From an uncultured cyanobacterium (GTDB lineage Bacteria > Cyanobacteriota > Cyanobacteriia > CAKZMO01): a DNA stretch of 64,000 bases. How positions within the stretch are numbered: position 1 is the first letter of the stretch; every line of letters starts with the position of its first letter. The position numbers were made by a program, and so were the translations under genes. This document shows, piece after piece, positions 38,053 to 49,653 of the stretch. Where the stretch lies: NCBI GenBank assembly GCA_963719515.1, contig CAVRCJ010000010.1, forward strand, positions 96,001-160,000. Reading direction: 5' to 3'. The notes beneath the pieces are model-generated. The model was given only the letters and a program-made list of their open reading frames with translations, ran no database searches and was not told the DNA's origin.

Positions 38053-38240
38053 AAATACGAATATATTGACGGTCAAGTCTACGCTAGGGATGGCGGCAGC
38101 GCTAATCACAGCCGCATCGCCGTCCGCCTAACTGCCTTGCTCGACGCCCCCCGAGCAAACGCCGACTGCATCACCGGCAGCTCAGCCCTGAATGTCAGCG
38201 CTAGCCCGCACTTAGATTGACCTACACAAACGCCAGCCGA
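38053..38240 (+). pseudogene. Uma2-family endonuclease remnant
   Basis: Translates KYEYIDGQVYARDGGSANHSRIAVRLTALLD..CITGSS, then stop; matches the Uma2 N-terminal EYIDGxVYAMAGGSxxH pattern; no start codon. Confidence 0.75.
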
Positions 38241-38306
38241 CGCTCTCAATACCGCTTGCAAAAAAGCGATCGCCCAAGCCATAGATACCGCAGAAGATAA
38301 AAGCCA

Positions 38307-38339
38307 AGAACCCCGGCCCTTTAAAAGGGCCGGGGTTCT
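38307..38339 (-). terminator. Perfect 16-bp inverted repeat terminator after ahcY
   Basis: agaaccccggcccttt-a-aaagggccggggttct. Confidence 0.85.
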
Positions 38340-38363
38340 GACATATTGGGATCTTCTAGGGTA

Positions 38364-39665
<1,302 letters not shown>

Positions 39666-39953
39666 TTAGAGAGGAGCGATGTAGCGATGGAGCAATGGGT
39701 GCTATTCAACCCATCATCCTCAAGAGATATTTACTATCTTTGTAATGTTAACTATTTCTGCCGATTGCGGCAGGCCAATCGCGTCGGCGCAATCCAGCAG
39801 CGACGCTGAATGGGGGTAGGCGATCGCCCTGGCAACAGCATCAATGCCGTAGGGTGTAGCCCCTGCCCGGAGTTGACGTGAGCCCTATAGGGAAACGGCA
39901 TAGAATGTTACATTAACACCCAGATTACTACCCCATTCTTTCTTGATGCCGCC

Positions 39954-40331
39954 ATGGAGCCTTTGACCTCTGCGCAGATCGCCCAGTACCGCTCTGCGCT
40001 TGCCACCGTACCCGATGCTCTTTTAGCCCTAGATATGGTTGAGGACTGTGAGGGAGATCTGGAAGACGCGGCGATCGCCCTGGCGCTGCAGGTGGGACAG
40101 GAGCCGGACCGCTCGGACCAGTGGCTTGAGGGACTGGCGAAACGCTGGCGGGTTACTCTCTGCGATACCAATGTGCAGGCTTATATCGACTCAGACCGAC
40201 TCGCTGCCGCAGCGCAAACCTTAGTGAATGCCGTCAACCTCTCGCCTCGTTTGGTGACGCTGATCATTATCTATGCGCACCAGTACGGAATTGCCAAATT
40301 TTGTCAGGTTCTCAACGTCACTCAAGACTAG
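39954..40331 (+). CDS. Conserved cyanobacterial hypothetical protein
   Basis: 125-aa ORF with ALDMVEDCEGDLEDAAI motif. Confidence 0.8.
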   Translation: MEPLTSAQIAQYRSALATVPDALLALDMVEDCEGDLEDAAIALALQVGQEPDRSDQWLEGLAKRWRVTLCDTNVQAYIDSDRLAAAAQTLVNAVNLSPRLVTLIIIYAHQYGIAKFCQVLNVTQD

Positions 40332-40376
40332 TTCTATGAAGAGAACCCTTGCGGTGAAGAATCTCACAGTATGTAT

Positions 40377-40424
40377 GTGAAAGAACATGTAGGCGAAAGA
40401 GCATGTGGGTGAAAGAGTGCACAG
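40377..40424. repeat. 16-bp imperfect tandem triplication
   Basis: gtgaaagaacatgtag / gcgaaagagcatgtgg / gtgaaagagtgcacag. Confidence 0.7.
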
Positions 40425-40733
40425 GATCCTAACTCATAGCAGGACATCTATCGCTGTAGGGGCTAGTGCGCCTCTAGCACGCTTCGCTATCAATAATTTC
40501 TCCACTAAGCTTACAGTCCTTTAATAGAGATGTCCGTAAGTTCACGGAAAATTAATAGCTGTAAAAGTAAAGTCGAGGTAGTATTAGCGCGTAAACCGCT
40601 AGTGCCTCAAGATACCTATTTCTTAGCAGGTTCAATTGACTTAGATTTTGAGGCGTTGTAGGTCATCTCACAGCAAATGCCCTGCGCATTGAGGCATTTG
40701 CCATACACCCCAAAGCAAGGAGCCTGTTTCACC

Positions 40734-41591
40734 ATGCTGCGTCAATTTCAACTGAGAAGCGCTGCCTTTTCGGCAGTCTGCACCCTGTCTGCCGTCTTTT
40801 CGGCAGCTCCGGCCCAGGCGATTGCCTTTGCCGAATCTCAGGGGCAGATTCTCTTCACTGGGTTTCGCCAAACCCCGATATCTACCACCACAGTGACTGA
40901 CACCGATACGGACACCTTTTCAAGCCGAGGAATTGCCGCCGCTGACGCAGGTGCTGACGCCTTGTTTCCTGATAGTGAGGTTTTAGGCGAGAGTCCTGCG
41001 TTTGGTTTCAACACTATTTTTAGTGAAGCATTCGTCGACGGCGTTGGGGTTGCAGATGCGTTTAGCGAAGCCTCAGTTGTAGGCGACTTTTTGGTTGATG
41101 GCTCTAGAGATACCCCGGTAGCGTTCTCTTTCGATTTTCTCGCGTCCCTCAGCACGTTTGGGCAGGTTGATTCTTCCGTTACGGAACAGGCTAGCGCATC
41201 GGCGAGCGTTGTCTGGGCGCTTGTGGAGCGGTCGAACGCTCAAACTAGCATCCTTGACGCTTTCAGCCTCAGCGCGGCAGTCGATACGGCAAGCGATCGC
41301 GATTTCCTTTCTTTAGAAACCACCCCTAATGTCGACCTGTCCGCGGCGCTGCCCTTGCTAGCGAACAGCTTCGGCGGCAGCAGCGAAAGTGCTGCCGCAG
41401 TGGTATCAGGGCGTTATCAACGTAGGTTTGACGAACCTCGGTCTTTGCAGCTGGTGGAAGTCAAGCAGGGGCACGCTTCTGCCACTGCCGTGCCGGAGCC
41501 TTCTACAATTTTGGCGAGCGTCGGTTTGGGGCTGGCTATTTTGAGACGAGCGCAGCAGCGACAGGCTGCGACTGAGTCTCGGGAGGACTAA
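40734..41591 (+). CDS. PEP-CTERM sorting domain surface protein
   Basis: Signal peptide ending APAQA; S/A/D/T-rich body; C-terminal VPEPSTILASVGLGLAILRR. Confidence 0.9.
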   Translation: MLRQFQLRSAAFSAVCTLSAVFSAAPAQAIAFAESQGQILFTGFRQTPISTTTVTDTDTDTFSSRGIAAADAGADALFPDSEVLGESPAFGFNTIFSEAFVDGVGVADAFSEASVVGDFLVDGSRDTPVAFSFDFLASLSTFGQVDSSVTEQASASASVVWALVERSNAQTSILDAFSLSAAVDTASDRDFLSLETTPNVDLSAALPLLANSFGGSSESAAAVVSGRYQRRFDEPRSLQLVEVKQGHASATAVPEPSTILASVGLGLAILRRAQQRQAATESRED

Positions 41592-41666
41592 CGGCTCGTC
41601 GTCCTTGGCGATTGCAGCAGCCTGTCTCAGCTGACAGGTTAAAGTAGGTCACAGCCCCCAAATGCG

Positions 41667-43289
41667 GTGACCCCGATGATGGAAAGCCCGTGGATCCAAA
41701 GGTCTGCTTTGCTGTGGCTGCGGGATGAGCGACCGCAGCCACGGCGGTCATTTGCGATACTCCAAGTCGCGCTGCAGCGGTGCTGGTGGGGTATCGCGGC
41801 TGGACTTGGCCTAGCGGCTGTGGTGCCGACGCCAGGCAGTGCCGCCGTGGCCCAGCCCTCCCCACCCAGCTGCCCCGCTCAGTTGGGAGAGACCCTAGAG
41901 GCGATCGCCGCGGCGTCGCTTGGTCCTCAAGCCCGGTGGGGGGCGCTGATTCAGCCCCTAGCGGAGGTCGCCCCGCCGCCCCTCTATGCTCACAACCCTC
42001 GGCAGTATTTCACCCCCGCTTCTAACGTCAAGCTGCTCACCGCCGCCGCCGCTCTGGCTCAGCTCGGATCAAACTTTCGCATTTCCACGTCGGCCTATGC
42101 CGCTGCATCCCCAGCCGCCCCGCCAGGATTTGAAGGAATTCAAAGCTCGGTCGATTTGTGGGTGGAGGGTGGAGGAGATCCCAGCTTTGATAGCGGTGAT
42201 CTGCAGCGGCTAGCCCAACAGGTGAAGCGCTCTGGCATCACCCAGATCAATCACCTGATTGGGAATGAGCGCTATTTGGGCGATCGCTTCGTCAACCCCA
42301 CCTGGGACTGGGAGGACGCGCAGGCGGGCTACGGCGCGCCCGTCAACAGCCTTATCCTGGATGAAAACGCGATTGGGGTGCGGCTGTTTCCTCAGGCTGT
42401 TGGGCAGCCGCTACGGCTGGAGTGGGAGCAGCCCCAGCGCGCGGACCGCTGGCAAGTGGTGAATGAGTCGGTGACGGTGGCAGGGCCTGAGCCAGAGTTT
42501 GTGCGGGTGGGCCGCGAGTGGAGCGCTCCGGTGCTGCATATTCGGGGGCAGCTGCGGGCAGGGGCGGCTTTGGATCGCTCTGCGGTAGCGGTAGCAGACC
42601 CCGGCAGACAGTTTTTGGAGCAGTTTGAACTGGCGCTAGAGGCTGCGGGCGTGACGGTCAGTCAGTCAAGTTTAGAGCAGTCTATAGGGCAGCAGCCTCC
42701 GCTGGACTTGCGACGCGAAGTTGCCAGGGTGGTCTCACCGCCCCTAGCCGAGCTGCTAACCGTCACCAACGCCGACAGCCGTAACCTCTACGCTGAAGCC
42801 CTGCTGCGGCATCTGGGACGCGCCGCTAGCCCCGATGAGGGGGACGCAGAGGCGCTGTGGCTAGCGGGACTGGCTCAGATGGAGACGACCCTGGCGGCTT
42901 TGGGCGTTACGGGAGCCTACCAGCTGGCCGATGGCTCCGGACTGTCGCGGCGCAACCTAGTGACGCCGGAGGCCTTTGTGCAAACCCTGCAGGCTATGGC
43001 TCAGCATCCCCATGCTGAAGTTTACCGGGACTCCCTCGCGGTGGCAGGGGAGAGCGGCACCTTGCGCTCGCGCTTTCAAGGGACTCCGGTGGCGGGGCGC
43101 TTTTGGGGCAAGTCGGGGGGGCTGACCGGCGTATCATCCCTGTCGGGCTACCTATATCCGCCCGGCTACGACCCCGTGGTGCTCAGCATTTTGATCGACC
43201 ACTCCGACCAGTCGGGCGCGGCGCGGCGGCAGACCATCGACGCTATGGTGGAGGCGATCGCCCGCTTCACCCCCTGTCCATCGAGCTGA
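41667..43289 (+). CDS. dacB: D-Ala-D-Ala carboxypeptidase/endopeptidase (PBP4, S13)
   Basis: PASNVK (SxxK), GGGDP, SRN, DGSGLSR, KSG; start uncertain. Confidence 0.93.
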   Translation: MTPMMESPWIQRSALLWLRDERPQPRRSFAILQVALQRCWWGIAAGLGLAAVVPTPGSAAVAQPSPPSCPAQLGETLEAIAAASLGPQARWGALIQPLAEVAPPPLYAHNPRQYFTPASNVKLLTAAAALAQLGSNFRISTSAYAAASPAAPPGFEGIQSSVDLWVEGGGDPSFDSGDLQRLAQQVKRSGITQINHLIGNERYLGDRFVNPTWDWEDAQAGYGAPVNSLILDENAIGVRLFPQAVGQPLRLEWEQPQRADRWQVVNESVTVAGPEPEFVRVGREWSAPVLHIRGQLRAGAALDRSAVAVADPGRQFLEQFELALEAAGVTVSQSSLEQSIGQQPPLDLRREVARVVSPPLAELLTVTNADSRNLYAEALLRHLGRAASPDEGDAEALWLAGLAQMETTLAALGVTGAYQLADGSGLSRRNLVTPEAFVQTLQAMAQHPHAEVYRDSLAVAGESGTLRSRFQGTPVAGRFWGKSGGLTGVSSLSGYLYPPGYDPVVLSILIDHSDQSGAARRQTIDAMVEAIARFTPCPSS

Positions 43290-43290
43290 G

Positions 43291-43581
43291 CTAGCTCCAG
43301 TCGTCTCGCTTGGCGTTGACGTGGCGGTAGACCTGCCCCACCGCGTGGATGCGGCGGGTCTGCTCGAATAGGGTTTCTTCCGTCAGGTTCCAGGTCTGCA
43401 GCACCTGGGCCAGGTCTTTTTGAATGTCGCGAGCGCCCGGAAAAGTTTGATAGCGGATATAGAGGCGGGCCACCTCGGCTAGCCCCTGCTCCGACGGTGG
43501 GTTTTCTCGCATCAGAGCGCTAACAATGTCGCGATCGCGCCTGTACTGAGGGTGCTGTTGGTCTTGCTGGGTTTTGCTCAT
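43291..43581 (-). CDS. DUF3288 family protein
   Basis: DQQHPQY..DR, ARLYIRY..FPGARDIQ, ends DWS. Confidence 0.85.
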   Translation of the reverse strand: MSKTQQDQQHPQYRRDRDIVSALMRENPPSEQGLAEVARLYIRYQTFPGARDIQKDLAQVLQTWNLTEETLFEQTRRIHAVGQVYRHVNAKRDDWS

Positions 43582-43688
43582 GGACTAGGTGACCTTTGCT
43601 GTGAAGCTGACGCGGTTCGTTTGGAGCATAGGTATTCGCAGGGCGTGGCTCTGCCCTGTCTCTACGACTGAATCTAATTGGGCGACGT

Positions 43689-45002
43689 TCAAAAGCCCCA
43701 GGTGCGGCGGGGGCCAATGTCGAGGTGAATAATATTAGGGAACTTGCTGTAGATGCCCACTCCGCCAGGCCACCACAGCAGGACTTCGTTCGCCACTTCC
43801 CGTCCGCTAAGACCGTCGACGTCAATGTCGGTGGCCATCCCGAACAGGTGATAGCTCTGAGAGGCTCCCCCCACTGCGGCGTTGATGGCAGGAGGACGGT
43901 ACCAAGAGGTGATGAAGAAGGTGCGTCCCAGCTGGTCGCGAGCCTGCTGCAGCTGTCGGGCTAGCTGAATAATATTGTCTACGATATTAACCGACGCGGG
44001 AATTCGGCTGGCTTCTTTAGTGGCCTCCCCCCAAGTGAAGTTGCCGCCGGGAATGATGGGCTGATCGGTGAAGAAGGTGCTGGTGTTACCGGGGAGGCTA
44101 AAGGGAATGCCGTTGAAGCGCGTCGACGTGGATTGGATCGGCTCTGGGGTAGGGATAGGGAAGAGGATCCTCCCCTGGCGCTCAATTTGGGCGTGGCCCT
44201 GGTACACATACCAGGTGTTGAGCCCGCGAATGTAGTCTTTAGGATACTCAAACGCGATCTTGAGATGGCCATTGAAGCGATTGCCCTGAGGATCTCGGTA
44301 GGCGTAAGAGTTTAAGGGCACCAGCGTCCCCTTTTTAATCGCCTGCAGCTTGTCTGGTGAGAGGGTGGAAGCCTGGTCAGGCTCCCGCTTGAGCAGCGTA
44401 TCTTCGGTGATTCTCAGTCGGGGTAAGTTGGGGTTTTCCGTCGGATAGACCACCTTGCCGTCGTACTCGACGTAGGCGTGGCGATCGTATACAAACCAGG
44501 TGCTCAGGTCGTCAATGTAGTCCTGCGGGTAGCGTAGGGATACTTTGATATGGCGGCCAAAGCTGCCCTGAGAGTCGGCGTAGGCGTAGGAATGTAGCGG
44601 GAAGGTTTTTCCCTGGGGAACCGAACTCACCTCATTGGAGGGCAAAATGGAAGCCTGAAGCGGACGACGCTTAAAAACCGTACTGCGCGTCACTTTGAGA
44701 ACCTGTAGCGCTTCTTGATCTTCGTGGGGGTAAACGACGCGACCGCTGATTTCGATTTGGGCGTGCAGGCTGTAGATATACCAGGTGTTGCGTCCCCGGA
44801 TAAATGAATCCTTGAGCGCAAACTTAATGTGGCCGTTAAAGTCTCCTCTAATAGCGTCGGCGTAGGCATAGGACTGAATGTCAAAGGTTGTGCCCGCTGC
44901 TACCTCATGGATCTCTTCTTCAGCCAGCTCAGACACCTGGAGGGGACTAAGTTTAAGGACGGTATTGGCTTTAACCAGGAGAACTTGACGCGCCATGACC
45001 AC
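43689..45002 (-). CDS. Peptidase M15A (Zn D-Ala-D-Ala carboxypeptidase-like) with three N-terminal ~90-aa repeats
   Basis: C-terminal TSWYRPPAINAAVGGASQSYHLFGMATDI...IHLD; repeats share LK..P.Q.S.L, SYAY.D, H.K, TW.VY..HA. Confidence 0.88.
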   Translation of the reverse strand: MVMARQVLLVKANTVLKLSPLQVSELAEEEIHEVAAGTTFDIQSYAYADAIRGDFNGHIKFALKDSFIRGRNTWYIYSLHAQIEISGRVVYPHEDQEALQVLKVTRSTVFKRRPLQASILPSNEVSSVPQGKTFPLHSYAYADSQGSFGRHIKVSLRYPQDYIDDLSTWFVYDRHAYVEYDGKVVYPTENPNLPRLRITEDTLLKREPDQASTLSPDKLQAIKKGTLVPLNSYAYRDPQGNRFNGHLKIAFEYPKDYIRGLNTWYVYQGHAQIERQGRILFPIPTPEPIQSTSTRFNGIPFSLPGNTSTFFTDQPIIPGGNFTWGEATKEASRIPASVNIVDNIIQLARQLQQARDQLGRTFFITSWYRPPAINAAVGGASQSYHLFGMATDIDVDGLSGREVANEVLLWWPGGVGIYSKFPNIIHLDIGPRRTWGF

Positions 45003-45129
45003 TCCACTCGAATTTCGGCTTTTGTCCTATGATTTTAGGCTAAGCTGTCGCTGCAGAAAGCGAAAAGAGCCTTAAAAGCGAAAAGAATTTGCTCGGCGAT
45101 TGCATTTTGAAGCCGCGTCTCACCTAGCT

Positions 45130-45636
45130 TTAGCTGCTGCGGGCCAAACGCCGCTGTAGATCGCGTAGGTGCATCGCTCGGCTCGCGATGGTGAGCTGGT
45201 TGTCGTCCTGCTGCACATAGACACGCCCTGATAGCAGCTGGCGGAGGGGTGACCTGACATAGACCCTCAGCGGCGAATCGAGGCTGACATCAACCGAGGC
45301 GGAGTCAGCCTCGTCAAGGTGGTAGCCCATTTCGTCTAGGACGCCGTTGACCTGCGCCAGCGACGCGGAGCCGGGCGGAGCAGAGATTGATATGGCTGCA
45401 GTGCGGTTGAAATACCCTCCCAAGCCCCCCGCGACTAGACCGACAGCTAGGCCAAGCTGCTGAGGCAGGCCGGTGCCGAAGCTGAGGTTCAACCCTCGGG
45501 CGGCGACTAGGGTCGCTAAAAGGGTAGCGCTAGTGAAATAGTACAAAAACGTGGCGGTAAAGCCGGGGCCGACGTCTGTGGCTTCTAGCGTCGTCGGGGC
45601 GGTTGACTTGGTCTCAAAACGGGGTGATTTAGTCAT
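45130..45636 (-). CDS. Hypothetical two-TM membrane protein
   Basis: ORF with FLYYF and GLVAGGLGGYFNRT TM segments; start uncertain. Confidence 0.75.
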   Translation of the reverse strand: MTKSPRFETKSTAPTTLEATDVGPGFTATFLYYFTSATLLATLVAARGLNLSFGTGLPQQLGLAVGLVAGGLGGYFNRTAAISISAPPGSASLAQVNGVLDEMGYHLDEADSASVDVSLDSPLRVYVRSPLRQLLSGRVYVQQDDNQLTIASRAMHLRDLQRRLARSS

Positions 45637-46114
45637 TGGCGGGCTCGCTGTCCTCATGACCATTAAATAGCATCAGTGCCTGACGACAGAACCGCTTTAG
45701 CTTTTCCTGTAGCTCGGGCACGGGGGTGGAGTCCCCCAGCACCTGCCACTGGTCGATGGTAGAGAGCTGCCACTGCTTGCCGCGGTGGTCAAATCCGGCG
45801 ATTTCTAGGCCGATGGCTCGGTAGCGATCGCCCAGGCCCTTTCCCTCATCCTTTGCCTCCGCTCCCCCGCTTAGCTCGTCTTGGTAGAGGCGAATCTGTA
45901 CCAGCAGGCTGCGGCCCTGAAGCTTGCGGCTGTAGCCGGGCATGTGAAACCCAATGTCTATAGAATCTGGGTCGACGAGGGCTTGAGTCTCGCTATCATT
46001 GGCCCAAGGCTTGAGGTCGGATCTGGCGTCAGGAAACTCTGATTTGAAGTGGGTGATCACTGCCGCAATTTTACTAGCGGCATCCACAGATTTCGCTTGT
46101 TCAGCAGCGTTCAC
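45629..46114 (-). CDS. Conserved cyanobacterial hypothetical protein
   Basis: Likely GTG start (MNAAEQA..SKIA..F..EFPDARSDLKPW..DPDSIDIGFH). Confidence 0.8.
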   Translation of the reverse strand: MNAAEQAKSVDAASKIAAVITHFKSEFPDARSDLKPWANDSETQALVDPDSIDIGFHMPGYSRKLQGRSLLVQIRLYQDELSGGAEAKDEGKGLGDRYRAIGLEIAGFDHRGKQWQLSTIDQWQVLGDSTPVPELQEKLKRFCRQALMLFNGHEDSEPAND

Positions 46115-46339
46115 TGGCATCCATACTCCGTAGCGGTTATCAGGCCCACTTACCAGCGGTCCGGCCGATAAGCGTTCGACCATTCTAATTCAGTTCCCCA
46201 AACGATTTTGATAGCGGCAGCAACAAACTTAGGTTTGGACCGCAGCCTTTTTCCCTGTGGTTTTATGCGGCTTCCCCACTTCTCAAAAGGGTTTTGGTTT
46301 ATCATCCAGACGTAGGCGCTCCTCGCAACCGTCTGCGGT

Positions 46340-47761
46340 ATGCCCTCTAAATCTCTAAAAACCACCTTCAAACTGCCGTCGCCCAGCTTGGACGAGGCCG
46401 TTGTTTACCTCTCTGAGCGGTTCTTACGCGCGGCGCGGGGGCTGCGCGTGGTTAAATCACCCAGCGAATTTTGCCTGCTCACTTTATGCCGCCCTTTAGT
46501 AGACCGCTGGTTTGGGGGTCAGCTCTCTTACAGGCCGGGGCAGGTCACCCTAGTTTTCCACGACGACGCGCTCTCATCGGCGGCGGATATTTTGATGTAT
46601 GTGCCTGAGCGAGGCGATCGCTTTTTGTACACCAAGCCCCACCTTGATCCCCCTCTTGAGGCCCCGCATGACGCGCCGTCCGATGCCTTCGCTCTAGAGT
46701 CCCTACTCCGCAAATTAGAGCAGCTCGAATCTTTGGTTGCAGCCGCTATCTCTCCGCCCGCAGAGCCGAGTTCAACTGCCCCGAATGACCCAGAGGCCCT
46801 GTTGGGAGCTTTGTCCCAAGCCTTTCAGTCTTCTAGTCGGCCCATGCTCAGCGCTGTGGCCCAGCTCACCGACCGCGTTCAGCGCGTAGAGGCGATGACC
46901 CAAGCCCTTTCTACTCAGCAGCAGGCCCTTGCGCCGCAGCTGCAGCAGATTTTGAGCCAGCTTGTGGCCCTCAGCGACGCGGGCCCCCCCGTGCCGCAAA
47001 CCGATGATGAATGGCGATCGCGCATCGAGGACACTCGGGGGACTGTGGGAGACTACGAGACCTACAGCGCCGCCTACCGAGAGATGCATGGCGATGCCCC
47101 CCTATTCGATACGCCTGACTGGGTCATGCTGTGCGAATTTGACTGGGCACAGCGGCTGTGCCCTACCCTCGCCGATCTGTATAAACTGCTTTATGGTGCC
47201 GATGGTGTTGGCGATGAGGGCGCAGATATCTTGCAGCAGTTCGGGGCTCACTGCCGGGGGGCGGAGCGATATTACCTCTACGAAGAGCGCGGCTACCAGG
47301 CGGAAGCTGCCCTGCAGGAAATTGCTCACCACCCCGACTACGCCTGGCTACCTATCTTGCGTCAGCTTTGGCAAACGCCTAAAGCGTCGGTCCAAGATAT
47401 CCTCGACCTTTTTGGCTGGGAGGCTGCTGCTGTAGCGGCGCTAAAAGACCTTGCCACCCCATCTCGCTACCAAGACGACAACGGTAACTCTGGCCGCAGC
47501 CCATCAGGACGGCCGCCGAGCGACGACTCAGCCCACCGGGAGCAGTGGTCAACTGCGCCTGTAGAACCTTCGCTACAGGACCATCAGGCCCGTCTCAACA
47601 TCGGTCCCTTTGCTCCTCTGACGGCAGAGACGGTCAAACGGGCCTACCGGCGGGAGATGAAAAAAGCCCACCCCGATTCGGGCGGCAGCACACACCAGGC
47701 CCAGCAGGTTAATGAGGCCTACCAGGCAGTGATGCGGCATTATTTCCCGGATAGGATCTAG
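46340..47761 (+). CDS. Protein with C-terminal J domain
   Basis: VKRAYRREMKKAHPDSGGS..AQQVNEAY; central coiled coil. Confidence 0.85.
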   Translation: MPSKSLKTTFKLPSPSLDEAVVYLSERFLRAARGLRVVKSPSEFCLLTLCRPLVDRWFGGQLSYRPGQVTLVFHDDALSSAADILMYVPERGDRFLYTKPHLDPPLEAPHDAPSDAFALESLLRKLEQLESLVAAAISPPAEPSSTAPNDPEALLGALSQAFQSSSRPMLSAVAQLTDRVQRVEAMTQALSTQQQALAPQLQQILSQLVALSDAGPPVPQTDDEWRSRIEDTRGTVGDYETYSAAYREMHGDAPLFDTPDWVMLCEFDWAQRLCPTLADLYKLLYGADGVGDEGADILQQFGAHCRGAERYYLYEERGYQAEAALQEIAHHPDYAWLPILRQLWQTPKASVQDILDLFGWEAAAVAALKDLATPSRYQDDNGNSGRSPSGRPPSDDSAHREQWSTAPVEPSLQDHQARLNIGPFAPLTAETVKRAYRREMKKAHPDSGGSTHQAQQVNEAYQAVMRHYFPDRI

Positions 47762-47791
47762 GCCATTTTCTAGGGGGTTCCCCCTAGTCGC

Positions 47792-49090
47792 TTAGATAAC
47801 CGTCCCATCGGAGATAACGGCGTTTTTCAGAATCACCGTGACGCCAGTTCTGATGTAGAAGCCCAGCTCCTCTTTGTTGGACTCCTCCACCCGGTCTTTG
47901 TTGATGATCTGTACGTTCTGTCCAATACGAGCGTTTTTGTCGATGATGGCCCGCTGGACAGTTGTGTTAGCCCCAATCCCAAGCGGAACGTTGTCGAGAG
48001 CCGCACGACGAGACTTCTGACTGTCTTCGAACTGCTCGTAGTAGTCTGCACCCATGATCAGTGAGTCACGGATGGTGCAGCCTCCGTCGACACGGCTCCG
48101 AATGCCCAGCACAGAGTGATGAATTTGACAGTCCTTTAGAACACAGCCGTCGCCGATAAGCGATTCGGTGACATGACAATCTAGAAGCTTGGTGGGCGGC
48201 AGGTAGCGAGGACGGGTGTAGATGGGGGCGCTTTCGTCGTAGAAGCTAAAGGCAGGGTGAGGCTGCGCTGTCAACGCCAGGTTGGCGTCGTAGAAAGCCT
48301 CAATGGTTCCAATATCTTCCCAGTAGTCATCAAACAGGAAGGCCTGTACGTTGAGATCCCGGGCGGCGCTCGGAATAATTTCCTTGCCAAAATCGGTTTG
48401 CTCCAGACTTTTCCGCAGCAGGTCTGCCATCACCTCTCGTTTGAAGACATAAATTCCCATGGAGGCGATGTAGGGCTTTTCTTTGGCCTGCTCTGGCGTC
48501 AGTCCCAGGGTTGTGGTGTCTACCTGCATTTCCTTCAGGGCGTCACCCTTGGGCTTTTCCATGAAATTGGTGACGCGACCTGTTTCATCATCGATGCTCA
48601 TCAAGCCGAAGCTTGACGCCCGCTTCTCAGCAATGGGCACTACCGAAATAGTGATGTCGGCGTTGGTGTCGCGGTGTCGCTGCACAAACTCACGATAGTC
48701 CATGCGATAGAGGTGATCTCCGGAGAGAATCAGGTACTCATCTACATCTGCAGATTCCATGAGCCACAGATACTTGCGGACTGCATCCGCCGTGCCCTGA
48801 AACCAGCTCGGATTGTCAGGGGTTTGCTGTGCCGCTAGAATTTCGACGAAGCCATCAGTGAAGCTTGGAAACTCATATGTTCTGGAAATATGTCTGTTGA
48901 GTGAGGCTGAGTTGAACTGAGTCAACACGTAGATTTTGTTGATCTCCGAGTTGATACAGTTGCTCACCGGAATATCGATCAACCGGTACTTTCCTGCTAG
49001 AGGTACGGCTGGCTTCGCTCGCTGTTTCGTCAATGGATAGAGTCGGGTGCCGGCCCCCCCCCCCAGGATAATCCCAAGTACTCTTTTCAA
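47792..49090 (-). CDS. glgC: Glucose-1-phosphate adenylyltransferase
   Basis: [45 protein letters not shown]. Confidence 0.98.
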   Translation of the reverse strand: MKRVLGIILGGGAGTRLYPLTKQRAKPAVPLAGKYRLIDIPVSNCINSEINKIYVLTQFNSASLNRHISRTYEFPSFTDGFVEILAAQQTPDNPSWFQGTADAVRKYLWLMESADVDEYLILSGDHLYRMDYREFVQRHRDTNADITISVVPIAEKRASSFGLMSIDDETGRVTNFMEKPKGDALKEMQVDTTTLGLTPEQAKEKPYIASMGIYVFKREVMADLLRKSLEQTDFGKEIIPSAARDLNVQAFLFDDYWEDIGTIEAFYDANLALTAQPHPAFSFYDESAPIYTRPRYLPPTKLLDCHVTESLIGDGCVLKDCQIHHSVLGIRSRVDGGCTIRDSLIMGADYYEQFEDSQKSRRAALDNVPLGIGANTTVQRAIIDKNARIGQNVQIINKDRVEESNKEELGFYIRTGVTVILKNAVISDGTVI

Positions 49091-49172
49091 GAGAATCCCC
49101 CGTCACTGCCTGTAGGTGTCACCACCAGTGTCTGATTGAGGGGAGAAGTTTGCAAGGGGAGAGCTAAGGTTT

Positions 49173-49646
49173 TTATAAGGTTTTCTCCACCAAAATGGAC
49201 TGGGGACGGTAGTCAAGCCGTTGATAGAGGCTGCGGGCAGCCCTGTTATCGCAGAATACATGCAGCCCCAGCTTTTGGTAGCCTTGTTGCCTGGCCCAGC
49301 TCTCGGCCTGTGAGAGAAGGGCGGTGCCAAGGCCTCGGCGGCGATATTCTGATATGACGTGGACTAAAAAGATATAGGGATGGCGATCGCCTCTAGCGGG
49401 ATCTACGGTATAGCCCAACCAAAGGCAGCCCACAGGTCCAGGCTGCCCTAGGCTAGTCGCCCACCAGACCCGGTGGTCAGTGCTTAAGTACTGGTCGACA
49501 AAGTTGCCCAGGTCGGCGCTTACTGATTGAGAAAACTGCTCCTCATAGGACCAGGCTAAAAACTGCCTTAGGGCAGCAGGACTAACCTGACTCCCTGGCT
49601 GACAGGTGTAAACCCACGGGGACGGTTGGGAGGAATCCGAGCTCAA
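49173..49646 (-). CDS. GNAT family N-acetyltransferase
   Basis: V..EYRRRGLGTALL, LHVF..N..ARSLY. Confidence 0.88.
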   Translation of the reverse strand: MSSDSSQPSPWVYTCQPGSQVSPAALRQFLAWSYEEQFSQSVSADLGNFVDQYLSTDHRVWWATSLGQPGPVGCLWLGYTVDPARGDRHPYIFLVHVISEYRRRGLGTALLSQAESWARQQGYQKLGLHVFCDNRAARSLYQRLDYRPQSILVEKTL

Positions 49647-49653
49647 CGGGGGC

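Noticed and set aside
39670..39695. GAGGAGCGATGTAGCG resembling an SAH riboswitch near ahcY
   Set aside because: It is on the strand opposite to ahcY and the rest of the aptamer is missing.
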